This document shows, piece by piece, positions 1 to 25,709 of a stretch of DNA of 64,000 nucleotides. Each line of letters starts with the position of its first letter. Within the stretch, counting starts at the first letter, position 1. The position numbers and the translations under genes were made by a program. The stretch is taken from contig CM035358.1 of the NCBI GenBank assembly GCA_020137815.1, positions 3,472,001 through 3,536,000 of the forward strand, given 5' to 3'. The DNA comes from Hormiphora californensis. Lineage: Eukaryota; Animalia; Ctenophora. Below the pieces are notes generated by a model. The model was not told where the DNA came from. It saw only the letters and a list, made by a program, of their open reading frames with translations, and ran no database searches.

Positions 1-188
1 AGCTGAGATTCTTGCTGCAGGCCCCCCCCCCCCCCCCATCAATACAGGGATCACCCCCTCAACATGCCACAGAATAAGTAGAGTATTTGGGGAGTATTTT
101 CTGTTGGTTAGTACTTGAAGCACCATATTAATTTCATCTTGCTACCTCCACACAACAGATTGCCTAACCTTGACTTTATCAAATTAAG

Positions 189-906
189 ATGTTGATCATA
201 TTCCTGGCTTCCTTGGCAACCCTTGGGGATGCACACGAGTTCCAGAATGTACAAGTGGATCTCACTAACCCTACGGCATGGACTGCAGCGAATAAATCCT
301 TCAAAGCAATTGATGGTGATTTAGATACAAAGTATTTGTCAGACAACTCAGCTGATGATCACTTCCAGATGCTAAAATTCGACCTGGATCCACCCAGTTT
401 CGTTGAATCTGTCACTTTGATTTTAGGGTAAATCGAGACTTTTATTTTAAAGTTGATTCTGACTTGTTGCCGTGTTGCTGTCAACAGTGTCCCAACTGTA
501 GCTACATTATCATTAGGAGTGGTAGTTGTGAGTGAGTTAAACCACTTGTTTTTGTGCAAAGTTATGATACCGTATACCCATTACCCAATGCTTCAATTAA
601 TTCATTAAAATACTAAAATCATGTTTCAGAGGGGGTACTCGGAAAAATGGGACGATGGTCTCCATCATGAACGAGCACAGCTTTACAACTTTGTGTGGCA
701 CGGTGGTGGACATTTCGGATACCAAATCATTCATAATTACATGCCCTAATAATATCACTGCAACCCAATTGATTCTCTTGGATGAGACTGCAGCAGAGAT
801 AGATTTGGAATCGGGGAAGAATGTGGTGATGAATGTGATAGAAGTGACTGTTCAAGGACTTGCACTAATTCTAATACCAGGTACACATTCCAGTACATAT
901 AATTAG
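189..906 (+). CDS. Secreted F-type lectin / galactose-binding (F5/8C-like) domain protein, copy 1; exons 189-427, 630-906
   Basis: Hydrophobic N-terminal signal peptide, AIDGD motif, two Cys and terminal EVTV strand; GT (428)...AG (629) intron joins the two ORFs in frame. Fold assignment is by motif recognition only. Confidence 0.6.
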
Positions 907-1606
907 ATGAAAATTTCGTTTATCACCCTTATCCTGGTAATGCGCCTCGTAAACTTTTAGCCACTCCAATCTCTATCTTCCTCTCACTCTCTTAGTTTTG
1001 CAATAACTAAGATATTTAGAAAAGGAGCAAATACAACATATTATGTATTATATTAGTACTCCTAGGCATTTGAGTCAAATGCAGGAATTATTAGATAACC
1101 ATGCGAGACCTTCACTAAAAGTATGCTAGGTCTCTAGAATCACCAAAAAAAAGTTTACCACTTAAACTTCCCCAGAACATCTCTTAATTTGGCGTTAATT
1201 GGGTCTAATTGGCTAATAATGAATTCAAAATTCAAAATCGTTGTAGACGGTCGTGGTTGGTCGCAATCGTTCAGAAATATTATTCTTATCACCTTTAAAA
1301 CATATTAGTGACTCAGCTCTGCCAAATTGGTGCGTAATTGGCCCTAATTGGGCCTAATTGGCTATAAGTTAAGCTTTTTTATGTTAGAACAAGAATGTCA
1401 ATTTTCGCCCTGACTGAGGAAACAATTTGGAACATCAAAATTCATTCACCAACGTGTCCCTAAGGGTCTTCTGGAACACCTCTGAGCTTTGTTACTTGCG
1501 GGTTGAGGGGCAACATGGTCACTTCAGGCAGAGCCTAATATTGGAAATAATTTTAGAATTGGAGTAGAGATTAAAATCAGGATATTAAAGTATGTAGCGT
1601 CCTCGC

Positions 1607-2305
1607 GGGGGGGGGGGGGGATCCCATGGTATACTTTGGTATACTTTGGTATACTTTGGTATATGGAAAATCCCAAAAAATTATGTGGAAAGTACCAAAG
1701 TATACCAAAGTATACCATATCTTTTTAATAGCTTTACGTACTTTAAAGTGTTAATTTACAACAGGTAAGGCTTTAAAACATTTTATATAAACTTTCTTAA
1801 CTCATAAAATTGGACAATGGTGCTAAATAGGCTAAATTCATAGAATCGAGGGAAAATATTACCTATAAAATGGTGAGTCAGAAAACTGGGGTTTGACAAA
1901 TTGGGACCCATTTGAGTATGATAAAAAAACTTTTAAAAAGTCAAGAAAATGTTCAAATAGTATTTGGTAAAGTCTCCAAAAATTTTTCAAAAATTGCCTT
2001 CACCGGGAATCGAACCCTGAGTGGCAAGCCTTGAGCACTAGCCGGATGATGTAACAAAAACGTAAAAATCGGTTTAATAAGCGTTATATTACCAACTTAT
2101 AACGAAATAAGGATGTAGTTTTACAAATTTAGTCATTTATGTTAACTTATCGCTTAAATTTTACCTTTTTCAAAATTTTTATGGTATACTTTGGTATACC
2201 TTGGTATACTTTGGTATACTTTGGTATACTTTGGTATATGGAAAATCGCTGAAAAAGTTGTGGAAAGTGCCAAAGTATACCAAAGTATACCATGGGATCC
2301 CCCCC
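1607..2305. mobile_element. Non-autonomous DNA transposon with G-run/GGGATCCCATGGTATAC termini and subterminal GGTATACTTT repeats
   Basis: Terminal inverted repeats; direct repeat GTCCTCGC at 1599-1606 and 2306-2313 (8-9 bp TSD). Confidence 0.8.
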
Positions 2306-2410
2306 GTCCTCGCATCAGTGGGGGTAGACACCCATGAAAAGTGCCTATCTCATTTGGTTAATTAGATAATTAGATAATTAGATGTATGCATATCCGTGTT
2401 TCAGCTATTA

Positions 2411-2510
2411 CAGTCGGGCCCCGATTTACCGGGATGCTCGGGAGAAAGGGTTTTGACCGGTGAATCGGGGTGCCCGGTATATCGGGGCCCGGTAAATCGG
2501 GGTCCGACTG
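2411..2510. mobile_element. Tc1/mariner-type MITE (CAGTCGG...CCGACTG), TA TSD
   Basis: TA at 2409-10 and 2511-12; ~25-bp TIRs; relatives at 23187, 59326 and a partial copy near 61096. Confidence 0.8.
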
Positions 2511-2588
2511 TATATGGCTTAAAAAGTTCATACTATGACCGAACATTTTATGTGGCTTCGATCAGACCTGTGAATGATACCCGTACCC

Positions 2589-2806
2589 AGCAAACACAGT
2601 TGGCGTAGATTGCTTGCCAGCGCCAAATTTCAGACGGTCATAGCTCCACTCCCTGGTGAGATAGAGACTTGAAATTTGTTGTGTAAGAAGAACTCGACAC
2701 GATCTCCTTACAAAACAAATTTCGAGTCTCTATCTTATCAGGGGGTGGATCTATGGCCGTCTGAAATTTGGCGCTGACAAGCAACTTACGCCAACTGTGT
2801 TTGCTA
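2589..2806. repeat. Imperfect ~220-bp fold-back element
   Basis: AGCAAACACAGTTGGCGTA...TACGCCAACTGTGTTTGCT arms; shares GAGATAGAGACTTGAAATTT with the element at ~11180. Confidence 0.75.
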
Positions 2807-3591
2807 TAGATACCTTTTATCACTTGGTCACTAAAACAAATGTTAAAATACCCTGGGGCACGCCGTGCCACCCCCCCCCCCCCCCCGATGATCATTGCTA
2901 TTCGATTGTTGGATATGAATAATTTAGCAATAGCAGGCACAGAGTTAATAATTATTGCCACGAGCAGTCAGACGGACAGATAGACAGGCAGACGGAAAGA
3001 CAGACATAAATACAGACATGACAGACAGACAGACAGATAGGCAGATCTCTCCCTCTCTATCCATCTAACTCTTCTTTGCCTCAGCTCGATATAAATATTA
3101 TGAAAAACAAAGCCATTAGCTTTGGCACGCCGATGCTTGAGTAAGAGACACATAAAAGAATAGAGAGATAATCTAAGGCAAAGAATTATTAAAGCATTCC
3201 TCAAGCACGGACACGTCAGAGATGGCTAGTCACGGAGTGAGAGATATGGAGAGACTATAGAGAAAAAAGAGAGATAAAGATAAAGGGAGAGGGTCAACTC
3301 AAGCTCAACGATCGAGCATTATTATATTTATATCATACAACTTGAACAACTTTATATTTCCCTGCCCAGATGATCGTTTTAGCACGTGTGCTCGGATTTT
3401 TAGACTAGTATGGGAGTTGGTAGCTCTAAATCCATAGAGGTTTCTGCTAATATCGTTTTCTTCCCGGTGCATAATATTGATCCTTGTCCAGAGCCTTTCT
3501 TCTTTTTTCTAAATGCAGCATACAAACGAGAGTGTGTGTGAGAGATAGAGAGTGGGAGAGAGGGACTTTTGGACTGGGCGGGGCGGGGGGG

Positions 3592-3961
3592 GGGGTAGTT
3601 TAATTTAGGGGGCTGGGGGTAGTTTAATTTAGGGGGCTGGGGGGTAGTTTATTAAACTTAAGTTTAATTAAGGGGGCTGGGGGGTAGTTTTATTAAGGGG
3701 GTGGGGGGGGGGGGGGTAGTTTAATTTAGGGGGCTGGGGAGTAGTTTAATTTAGGGGGCTGGGGGTAGTTTAATTTAGGGGGCTGGGGGTAGTTTAATTT
3801 AGGGGGCTGGGGGATAGTTTAATTTAGGGAGCTGGGGGTAGTTTAATTTAGGGGGCTGGGGGTAGTTTAATTTAGGGGGCTGGGGAGTGGGGGTAGTTTA
3901 ATTCAGGGGGCTGGGGGGTAGTTTAATTTAGGGGGCTGGGGGTAGTTTAATTTAGGGGGCT
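3592..3961 (+). repeat. G-rich minisatellite, ~24-bp unit GGGGGTAGTTTAATTTAGGGGGCT
   Basis: About 14 tandem units read directly. Confidence 0.95.
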
Positions 3962-4127
3962 GCCAAGAATATGGTTGTGCAACGCATTTCTTTAGCCATA
4001 AGCCTATTTAAACATGCCACAGAATAAGTAGAGTATTTTCTGTTGGTTAGTACTTGAAGCACCTTGAAGCATCTTGCTACCTCGATCCACACAACAGATT
4101 GCCTAACCTTGACTTTATCAAATTAAG

Positions 4128-4841
4128 ATGTTGATCATTATATTCCTGGCTTCCTTGGCAACTCTTGGGGAGTTCCAGAATGTACAAGTGGATCTCACTA
4201 ACCCTACGGCATGGACTGCAGCGAATGAATCCTTCAAAGCAATTGATGGTGATCTAGATACAAAGTATGTGTCAGACAACTCTGCTGATGATGATTACCA
4301 GAGGCTACAATTCGACCTGGATCCACCCGGTTTCGTTGAATCTGTCACTTTGATTTTAGGGTAAATCGAGACTTTTATTTTATAGTTGATTCTGACCTTG
4401 CCGTGTTGCTGTCAACGATTAGTGTCCCAAATGTAGCTACATTTTTATTAGGAGTGGTAGCTGTGAGTGAGTTAAACCACTTGTTTTTGTGCAAAGTTAT
4501 GATACCGTATACCCATTACCCAATGCTTCAATTAATTCATTAAAATACTAAAATCATGTTTCAGAGCGGGTACTCGGAAAAATGGGACGAAGGTCTATAT
4601 CATGAACGAGCACAAATTTGCAACTTTGTGTGGCACGGTGGTGGACATTTCGAATACCAAATCATTCATAATTACATGCCCTAATCATATCACTGCAACC
4701 CAATTGATCCTCTTGGATGAGACTGCATCAGAGACAGATTTGGAATCGGGGAAGAATGTGGTGATGAAAGTGATAGAAGTGACTGTTCAAGGACTTGCAC
4801 TAATTCTAATACCAGGTACACATTCCAGTGCATATCATTAG
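4128..4841 (+). CDS. Secreted F-type lectin-like protein, copy 2; exons 4128-4360, 4565-4841
   Basis: Highly similar paralogue of 189-906 with the same intron position and phase. Confidence 0.6.
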
Positions 4842-5057
4842 ATGGAAATTTCGTTTATCACCCTTATCCTGGTAATGCGCCTCGTAAACTTTTAGCCACT
4901 CCAATCTCTATCTTCCTCTCACTCTATTAGTTTTGCAATAACTAAGATATTTAGAAAAGGAGCAAACACAACATATTATAACGATTCGTTATCAACAACA
5001 ACTAACGATGAAACAAATCCCCTTATTGTTATAAACCCCTAAAACAATCTTTCTTAC

Positions 5058-6105
<1,048 letters not shown>

Positions 6106-6173
6106 AACTAGAGATTATACATGGGGGTTAGTGAGATCAGGGACTAGCCGGGGGAAGGGGAGAAGTGGCCATA

Positions 6174-7108
6174 GTAGAGGCAATAATTACACTCACCTCC
6201 TCTGATTTCTATGAAACTTCTCCCATGCTAAGAGGTGGCAATAGAGGTTCAAATACCGCAGAGTTCAAGTCTGAACAATGTTCGGTTCGTTAATTATCGC
6301 TAATTGAAAAACGCCAAAATGGCCTAAAATCGCCCTAAGTTCCGAATTGAAATTTTGGAGTTGAGACTCCAGACTTCATAGAGATGTCGGCTAGGATGAC
6401 AATATGCACCAAAATCGGACGAAAGCCTAAATTCGTCCGAATTCGGTACGAAAAGCCGGGTAGACTGATTTTTGGTCACGTGACATGGGTCCAAAAACAG
6501 TTTTTTGCCATTTACGCCTTTCCTGTACGTCGGAGACAAAAAATATGGCCAATACTTGTCATTTCCATCGCTTTCTGCATCTTTTAAGCCCCCTATAAAT
6601 ATCCCTTACTTCAACGGTTCAGAAGTTAGAGTTTTTCAGGAGACTAAATGACGTAACTTCTGAACCGTTGAAGTAAGGGATGTTTATAGGGGGCTTAAAA
6701 GATGCAGAAAGCGATGGAAATGACAAGTATTGGCCATATTTTTTGTCTCCGACGTACAGGAAAGGCGTAAATGGCAAAAAACTGTTTTTGGACCCATGTC
6801 ACGTGACCAAAAATCAGTCTACCCGGCTTTTCGTACCGAATTCGGACGAATTTAGGCTTTCGTCCGATTTTGGTGCATATTGTCATTTTAGCCGACATCT
6901 CTACGAAGTCTGGAGTCTCAACTCCAAAATTTCAATTCGGAACTTAGGGCGATTTTAGGCCATTTTGGCGTTTTTCAATTAGCGATAATTAACGAACCGA
7001 ACATTGTTTAGACTTGAACTCTGCGGTATTTGAACCTCTATTGCCACCTCTTAGCATGGGAGAAGTTTCATAGAAATCAGAGGAGGTGAGTGTAATTATT
7101 GCCTCTAC
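6174..7108. mobile_element. Fold-back element, ~455-bp near-perfect arms, 25-bp spacer, TA-flanked
   Basis: 6174-6628 is the reverse complement of 6654-7108; mirrored ORFs appear in the track. Confidence 0.9.
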
Positions 7109-7739
7109 TACCAGGGGACTGGAATCTGGGAAATGGAGGGTGATTTGTATTGGTAACGCCGCGCAATACCAATGCTGATGGCTGCGCTTTACAAAGGTAA
7201 ACCTTTGCGCGTGTTCCAAATCACGGGAAATTAATGGGACAAAGAGGGCACAATGTATCATGAAGTGAGTGGTCAGATTGCAGATGGCAAGTTACCAACA
7301 ACCTGTGTGTTTTGTTCAAAAGGGGGTATTGCGAGGTTAATTTTGTTGATGTTACTGCCACCTCAAAATGGTTAAATTCTATGAATAAAACAGGGGTTAT
7401 GCACATTTTCTCTTTACTCTTTTGGCTTTTGTATCTGCTACCAGGGAAAAAAGGGTACGTTCGAAGAATGTGCAAACTTGGGGAACCGGGACGGGGGAAG
7501 AGATGAGGGAATTAGTAGAGTATGACTTAAGTCTTTACTTAGGTCTGGTAGAAAAGTGCTAAATTTACAATAAAATGCATACATAATAACCCCACGATGG
7601 GTTGTCATTCAAAATTTAAAAAAACCATGCTACGATATCTGGGTACTCTCCCATTTCTCGATATTCTGAAATCCGCAGCCTTTACGAATGGAATACGGCT
7701 ATCTGTAATCTGTATCTGAGTTTAATCTATTTTGCTACA

Positions 7740-10336
7740 CTATAGCAGCTCTTTTAGAACAACACGTAATGAACTTGGGAGTGCGTTACCCGTGGCCAGC
7801 ATTTTAGATTTGACAGAATGAAGGACTTCATCGTACATTTCAACCTGCTCCCGAAATGATTCCACCTCCTCGGTCTTTTTTATCAGCTGAAACGCGAAGA
7901 GAGTGTTAGCCTAACTCTCTCTCCTCTCAACTCAGTTAGGTGAAGTTTTTCAGTCAAGGAAGTCAATACTGCTTTTAGCATAGCTGAAGGTACATTGAAT
8001 GAGCGAGATATTGGATGGACCAGAATTTGGCACATTGGATTTGGTTTATAGTTAGGGGATTTTAGTAAAAAAAGGGCCAAGTTTTCAGCAAAATTTTTAA
8101 CAAGCTAATTTCTTCACCAATAGGTCCGGATAGGTGTCTAGTATCACCAAAAAAAAGTACACGATAATCGGAAGTGCGCACACGCGCTGAGCGCGCAAGA
8201 AGTAAACACATGTAAATACATGTATTTCTAGCCTGGCACGAAAACCCAAAAACCATCTTAGGAGACGAGTAGAGAAAAAATCAAGGGCACTAGATTTTGT
8301 AGCGTCCTCGCATTAGTGGGGGTAGGTGCTGGAATTAAGTCTCTATCTCATCTGGTTAATTAGATAATTGGATAATTAGATATGCGCATAACCGTATTTT
8401 GGCTATATGGCTATAGCCACTTAGGAATGGTTTAGAGACTTTTCATTGGTGCCATTTTGTTCAGAAAAAAATTTCAATCTAAGAGTTGTGGAAAAATTTA
8501 GAGCCTATCTTTTACCGTTTTGGCGTTATTTGCGGTCAAAGTATGCCAAATCAGCCGAAAATGCCAAAAAATTAGTTAATTGGCCTTTTTTGACTGCAAA
8601 TTACGCCAAAACGGTAAGAGATAGGCTCTAAATTTTTCCACAACTCTTAGATTGAAATTTTTTTCTGAACAAAATGGCACCAATGAAAAGTCTCTAAACC
8701 ATTCCTAAGTGGCTATAGCCATATAGCCAAAATACGGTTATGCGCATATCTAATTATCCAACTATCTAATTAACCAGATGAGATAGAGACTTAATTCCAG
8801 CACCTACCCCCACTAATGCGAGGACGCTACACAATCTAGTGCCCTTGATTTTTTCTCTACTCGTCTCCTAAGATGGTTTTTGGGTTTTCGTGCCAGGCTA
8901 GAAATACATGTATTTACATGTGTTTACTTCTTGCGCGCTCAGCACGTGTGCGCACTTCCGATTATCGTGTACTTTTTTTTGGTGATACTAGACACCTATC
9001 CGGACCTATTGGTGAAGAAATTAGCTTGTTAAAAATTTTGCTGAAAAAATATACTAAAATTCCCTAACTATTATGATACACCAGCGACCTCGTAAGCAAA
9101 CGAAAACTAGCTGGTTGTTTAATTATTTGTCAATGTCATGAAACAATATGTACCTGGTTTGAGGCCCGTTCACATGTTGCAGAGATTTGCTCGTTGGTGT
9201 CCTGTAGTTCCCTAACCTGACTAAAGACCTGCTCCATCAACTCACCGCTCTCAACTCGCTCCTCAATCAATCTATCCAAGTTGGTACTCTGCTTTTGCAG
9301 AAGTGCTTTCTGTGACTCTACCCTGGGGAATAAGTGGGGAGATTGAAAATGGGGGATTGAAATTCAGTTGGAGAAATAGGAAAGTAAGAGAGAGGGTATT
9401 ATTGTCAGTATATCGTCAATAAGTTTATGTAAAACAATGAACATATGTTTTATGTTTACATGTCGAGAAAACATGAGTATACCTTTCTTTTAGGGATTGA
9501 ATTTCATCAGCTTGATCTGAAACCACCTTATCCAATCGTTTCTTCTCATTCCTCAACTTCCCATCCTGTACAGGGTTTGAAGTGTCCCTAAAACTCGGCT
9601 GCAGTCCCTTCAACAATTCCAAGCTCCGATAAAGAAACAACACAGTTTCCATTACAGCTGGACAATCTTTGTTCACGGTACCCTGCTCAGGACTGGCCAC
9701 TCCCGATCTCTCACAAAGGGCAGGTAACCACATTCCCAACTGCTCCTTCATAAATAATGTCATCTCGGTGATATCAAAAATAAGCTCCTCAGATCGTTTC
9801 AACTCTTGCTGAACTTTTGACACTTTCTCTGATAGAAGATCGTGCATTTCTACCAACCTTTCCTCAGAGGCATCTTTAGATTTCAGATCTGTTAGGGTGT
9901 GCGTGAATTTTCTGTAAACTTTCTCCAGGGCAGCCTCCCTTGTTGCTCGATCATCCAACAACGCTGCAATTTCATCCCCTAACTCCCGCTTCTCAAGTTT
10001 CAAAGTTCCAAGCACCTCCGACAAGTTCTCAACTTTTCCCTCCAGCTCAGCTATCCTTTCATTTTGAAGATCCCTCTGTCTGATTAGTTGCTCGTTCTCT
10101 ACTTGTAATCGTAAATTACAGTCCACTAACAGCTCTCGCTTCTCTTCTCCCGGGGGTGGCGCTGAGTTACAGTAAACTTTTAGTCGATCAATCTCTGCTT
10201 CCAACTCCGAAACATGATTTGCATTTTCAGAGCGTTGTGAGAGATAACTGTTCGAGAGTTGTTCTGATCTGATACGTTGTGTAGGGTGTTCCCCTGAAAC
10301 TGGGTGGGCACCATTGTTTCTATGGAGCATGTACAT
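7740..10336 (-). CDS. Coiled-coil protein of unknown function; exons 10336-9483, 9322-9154, 7886-7740
   Basis: Heptad-rich E/L/K ORF; hand-spliced exons stay in phase and end ...LRVVLKELL*; an AG acceptor lies 3 nt before the ATG, so upstream exons are possible. Confidence 0.75.
8051..9068. mobile_element. Fold-back family B (~1 kb), TA-flanked, intronic
   Basis: GTTAGGG...CCCTAAC termini with long inverted arms; second copy at 46445-47879. Confidence 0.9.
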
Positions 10337-11104
10337 TATCTGGGAGAGAAATAATAGTTACACTACCGAAATCCGAATAGCAGAATGAAACATTTTAATT
10401 TTACCGTGTGGCGTGCCATACACGAAACTGCGTATGGCCCGTAAAAAGTTCAAAGGCTCATAAGAGGCGGCAGGTTACACACAGTGTGAGACTCTTCACA
10501 GCATGAAATGACAGCAGCCCATAGCAGGAGATTCGTCACGTGTGATCTTCATGCGTGTCGCGTGATACTGTGAACCACCCAGAGATGAGAGCAGGAGACT
10601 CAGTAGTCACCAGTAGCAGATAACTGATAACAAGATTTCAGATAACTAGATTACATGAGATAAACATGTACTTTCATGCTGTGGTGAGTATCCTATCATG
10701 GGTCACCTGTCATCTGCGTGTCACCTGCCTTCTCCTGCGTGTCTCCGAACTGTTTAAAAGGACGCAAATAGGTATCTAGGCTTGGGAAAAACATTAAGGC
10801 CTTGGTAGCAATAGCGTGAATCACAGAGTTGGATAGTTTAAAGCTTAGTAGCTTACATTTTAAAGGGAAAAAGTTTTTAAAAGTTTAGAAAAGTTTAAAA
10901 ATTTTAAAAATTTGAAACCTGTTTCATTTTTTTTTGGAGCTTCAATAAAATAAAGCGCGCGCGCAGCTGCGCGGAAATTTTTTGTTTTGCGCGTTACAAG
11001 AAACGCCGCGCGACGCGATTTCAACGATTTGAACGTTTTTTCATTTTTTGCCCGAAAATCGAAAAAACCTCCAAAAGTTGAAAAGCGTTCAAAAGGGGCG
11101 CCTT

Positions 11105-11329
11105 TAAAGTCGGATTTTTTGAAACTGTCACCCCCCTGGGTATTTTCAAATTTCGTAAATGACCATAAATCCGGTTCCTGACGAGATAGAGACTTGAAAT
11201 TTGGAGGTTACGAAGATCTTGCTAAGTTCTTCCGAACCTCCAAATTTCAAGTCTCTATCTTATCAGGAACCGGAGATATGGCAAATTTTGTTATTTCAGG
11301 GGGTGACAGTTTCAAAAAATCCGACTTTA
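11105..11329. repeat. Fold-back family C core
   Basis: TAAAGTCGGATTTTTTGAAACTGTCACCCC inverted arms; relative at 55527-55725. Confidence 0.75.
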
Positions 11330-11865
11330 CGACTTACGATCTGGGTGTTTGGTGGCCTGTTTAAAGTCCATTTTTTTCAACTGTTCACCCAAAAACTGAA
11401 ATTTAAAACTTTTGAGTATACAGGTGCACGCTGCCAAAAAATTTGATTCACTAAAATGGCTCTAACTGCCAATCCACTCAACCGTTTTGGCTAATTCAAA
11501 GTTTATCTGGTAGGAAATTAATGTCAAGGCCTAACCCCAACGGCCAACGCAAACCTAAACCCTAACCCTAACCCTACTTTAGCCCTAACCCTGAAAAACC
11601 GTTTGTCAGCACTCACGAAACACCCAGATTTTTCATTTTAACGCTGGCCATCCCTATCGGGGGCCAGCAGAGTTTGCCAAATCCAAAAGCGAAAAAACCT
11701 CCAAAAGCGAAAAAAACAAGTTGTTTATTTCTATTCTGTTTTCTCGATTGTCAAGGCATCAAGCCTAATATCAGAATGTAAACGTCTTTTATACGCTCCT
11801 CTATTTCCAATAACGTATCAATGTCTGATAGATTTATGGTAGGTGAAGAGTAGAAATGAACCCGT

Positions 11866-23078
<11,213 letters not shown>

Positions 23079-23186
23079 TTATTCAGACTTTGATTTGATT
23101 TGTGTGTATGTGACTATATTTTGTGCTAGAATGGAGCCGCTATAATTGCATATTTGGTGACTCTCTATGACCATTTATTTCTCATA

Positions 23187-23255
23187 CAGTCGGACCCCGA
23201 TTTTACCGGGCAAACTCCTTTCCCCCGAGCATCCCGGTAAATCGGGGTCCGACTG
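23187..23255. mobile_element. Tc1/mariner-type MITE, same family as 2411
   Basis: TA-CAGTCGGACCCCGATTT...AAATCGGGGTCCGACTG-TA. Confidence 0.8.
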
Positions 23256-23550
23256 TACTGCCCCAGAATACTTTTGATCACCAGTCAAAACAGAGTGGCG
23301 CAATATGTTTTTTTCAGCATTTTGTTTTTTGAGATCTTTTTTTTTCTACCAGTAAAACCCAGGTGTTTTGAAAACTATCTTTCCAGCAAAAATCAAATAT
23401 AACCTCCCCGTCCATTGTTCATCGTCTCTCATCTCACTTAAAAACATCATGAACAAATCGAATCCTAACTGATCTATGTGATAGAATGTCGTTCTTTCTA
23501 GGCAGCGGTTTTAAAGTGCTTCTGAGTGGAAAATGAGAGCTCTCTCACTC

Positions 23551-23581
<31 letters not shown>

Positions 23582-23879
23582 CTCTCTCTGTCTCTCTCCC
23601 TCTTTCTCTCTCCTAAAAAATAAAGAGCTCTCAACCGGGAAAACAACAGTCCCACCTACGTCCTACACAGCTGTTTCCAGATCCGATTTTAGTTGAACGT
23701 TTCAAGTTCAATCCAGACCCACATGACACCTCCTGTCCAGACCACCATTCAATGCTTCCCACGTCACAGCTTTCACACGGTGCTAAAACAATCACGGAAT
23801 TGAACAAAAGTGCTAATAGAGTCAAATAGAGTATAAAAGAGTGCCAGTTTTGGGTTGATCCCCACACCATATCATAATC

Positions 23880-25020
23880 ATGAAGGTTTTTATTGTTCTC
23901 GCTCTGTGCGCAGTCGCCTCTGCTGCCGATGTCAGGTCTCTCCTTGACACCACCTTCACTGACGTCAGTGGACGAAGGTAAATACAAAGTACCCCACTTT
24001 TGTCTGGTGCAGGTACTGTTTCGATCTTCATGACGTCATGACACTCAGAATCACAAATCTCCCTAATAATTCCCTAATAATTCCCTAATCCGATCTGAGT
24101 CTCAGATCGGATTAGGGAGAGATTTGTCATGGCCTTGGCGACATCAAAACTACGGAAACCACCCTTATACCTTAACCCCCCATCACCCCTACTTCCCCCA
24201 GTTACACTCTGGATGACTTCAAGGGCAAGTACCTCGCTCTCTACCACTCTGCCAGCTGGTGTGGTCCCTGCAGGAGATTCACCCCCAACCTAATCACCGC
24301 CTACAAGGCCCTCCTCGGACGAAACTTCCAGGTACGGGGTATATTGATACCTTGGTAACGAAATTACCCCTCCCTTGCCAACGCAAGAGATCTCTGAAAT
24401 TTCAGTTTTGAGACATCTCGATCCTGCTATGCGGGCCGGGAACAGACCTCGTTTTGAGTCCCTGTATCTCCTCTCCCTTTCCGAGAAATAGTTGTTCTCA
24501 CCCTTCCCTTCCCTACAATAATATCCCCTCTCTCTCTCCAGGTTATCTGGATCTCCAAGGATAGGAACTCCAGGGACTCTGATGCCTTCTTCAAGAAGAT
24601 GCCCTGGGTCAGGATGAGTTTCAGTGACGGACGAGGACACCGAGGAAACGAGCTCTTCAAACTCACCAACCAGAGGTAATTACACAATGCACAAGTATTT
24701 GTAGGATTTAACATACCAGCTGCCAGCTCGGTATAAGATCAATACAACTCACCCTCTAATTGCACCTCTCATTGTTGAGAAAAAGGGTGGTAGACAAATG
24801 GTGGTGAACCACCATGAACTCCACTTCCTACACTGTCTCACCCCCTTCCCATCCCTGTTCCAAATCTACATCTCTCAACAACTTCCCACCCTAACCTCCA
24901 CCTCTCTCCAGGTACATTCCTGCCGTCACCATTGTTGACCCCAACTTCCGAGTTATCAACGACCAGGCCCGATCTGATATCGAGAGGTCCGGACACCGAG
25001 GATTCCCCTGGAGGGGATAA
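23880..25020 (+). CDS. Nucleoredoxin/tryparedoxin-like thioredoxin with signal peptide; exons 23880-23977, 24202-24331, 24542-24675, 24912-25020
   Basis: MKVFIVLALCAVASA..., GKYLALYHSASWCGPCRRFTP, VIWISKD, MPW, YIPAVTIVD, FPW; all junctions in phase. Not visible in the ORF track. Confidence 0.9.
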
Positions 25021-25709
25021 ATCAAACAACTCAATATATAATTGTGTACTATTGAATGTGTTTGACACAAATATAACGTCTTTTCAGTAGTGTGGGAAAA
25101 GTGGGAAAATGAATATTTTCATTTCATTTCCACAGGCCAAACGCATACTGATCGTGATGAACATCATCAGATGAAGTGTGCTCATGGTTTTGATCATCAT
25201 CATCTGCCAAAAACTGCAGTGTGCGGACCATTTTGATGGATGGTCATCATCATGTAAGAGCCGGCCCTGGAGCTAGGCTTTAGAATTCAGTGTATGTATT
25301 CAAGATTTAATGCCGGGTCCCTGGTCCCACATTCCCACAGCCATATTTCATGATCATGCAACAACGTACATTTTTTTTCAGTCCTAATTTCAAACGGAAA
25401 AGTTTCAAATTCAAACATTCAAGTCCACTTACCAACTAGTTCGAGACTGTCCCGTGTCACCCAACTGATTGTGTCACAACTTGGATATCTGGAAAGGAGA
25501 AAGTATGTTAGATGGGTAGAAGTAAGGAGGTTTAGAATTTAGATATTAATATTATGAAGTTTTCACTAAATAAATACAATGTATTGCATTTGGCCCTGCT
25601 TTCCTTGCAAAGGGCAAAATAAAACTAACCATTTCGGTTTAAAATTTCAGTCCAAATGGGGATAATCATCTGAATAAGAGGTGCCTTTTTATTCCGAGAT
25701 CCTGGAGAT

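Larger units (their letters stand above)
61..4978 (+). repeat. Direct duplication of a ~970-bp block: ~61-1040 and ~4011-4978
   Basis: Upstream region, intron and 3' flank are near-identical between the two copies. Confidence 0.9.

Noticed and set aside
11530-11592. Telomere-like CCCTAA repeats
   Set aside because: Only a few degenerate units inside repeat-derived DNA; not a telomere.
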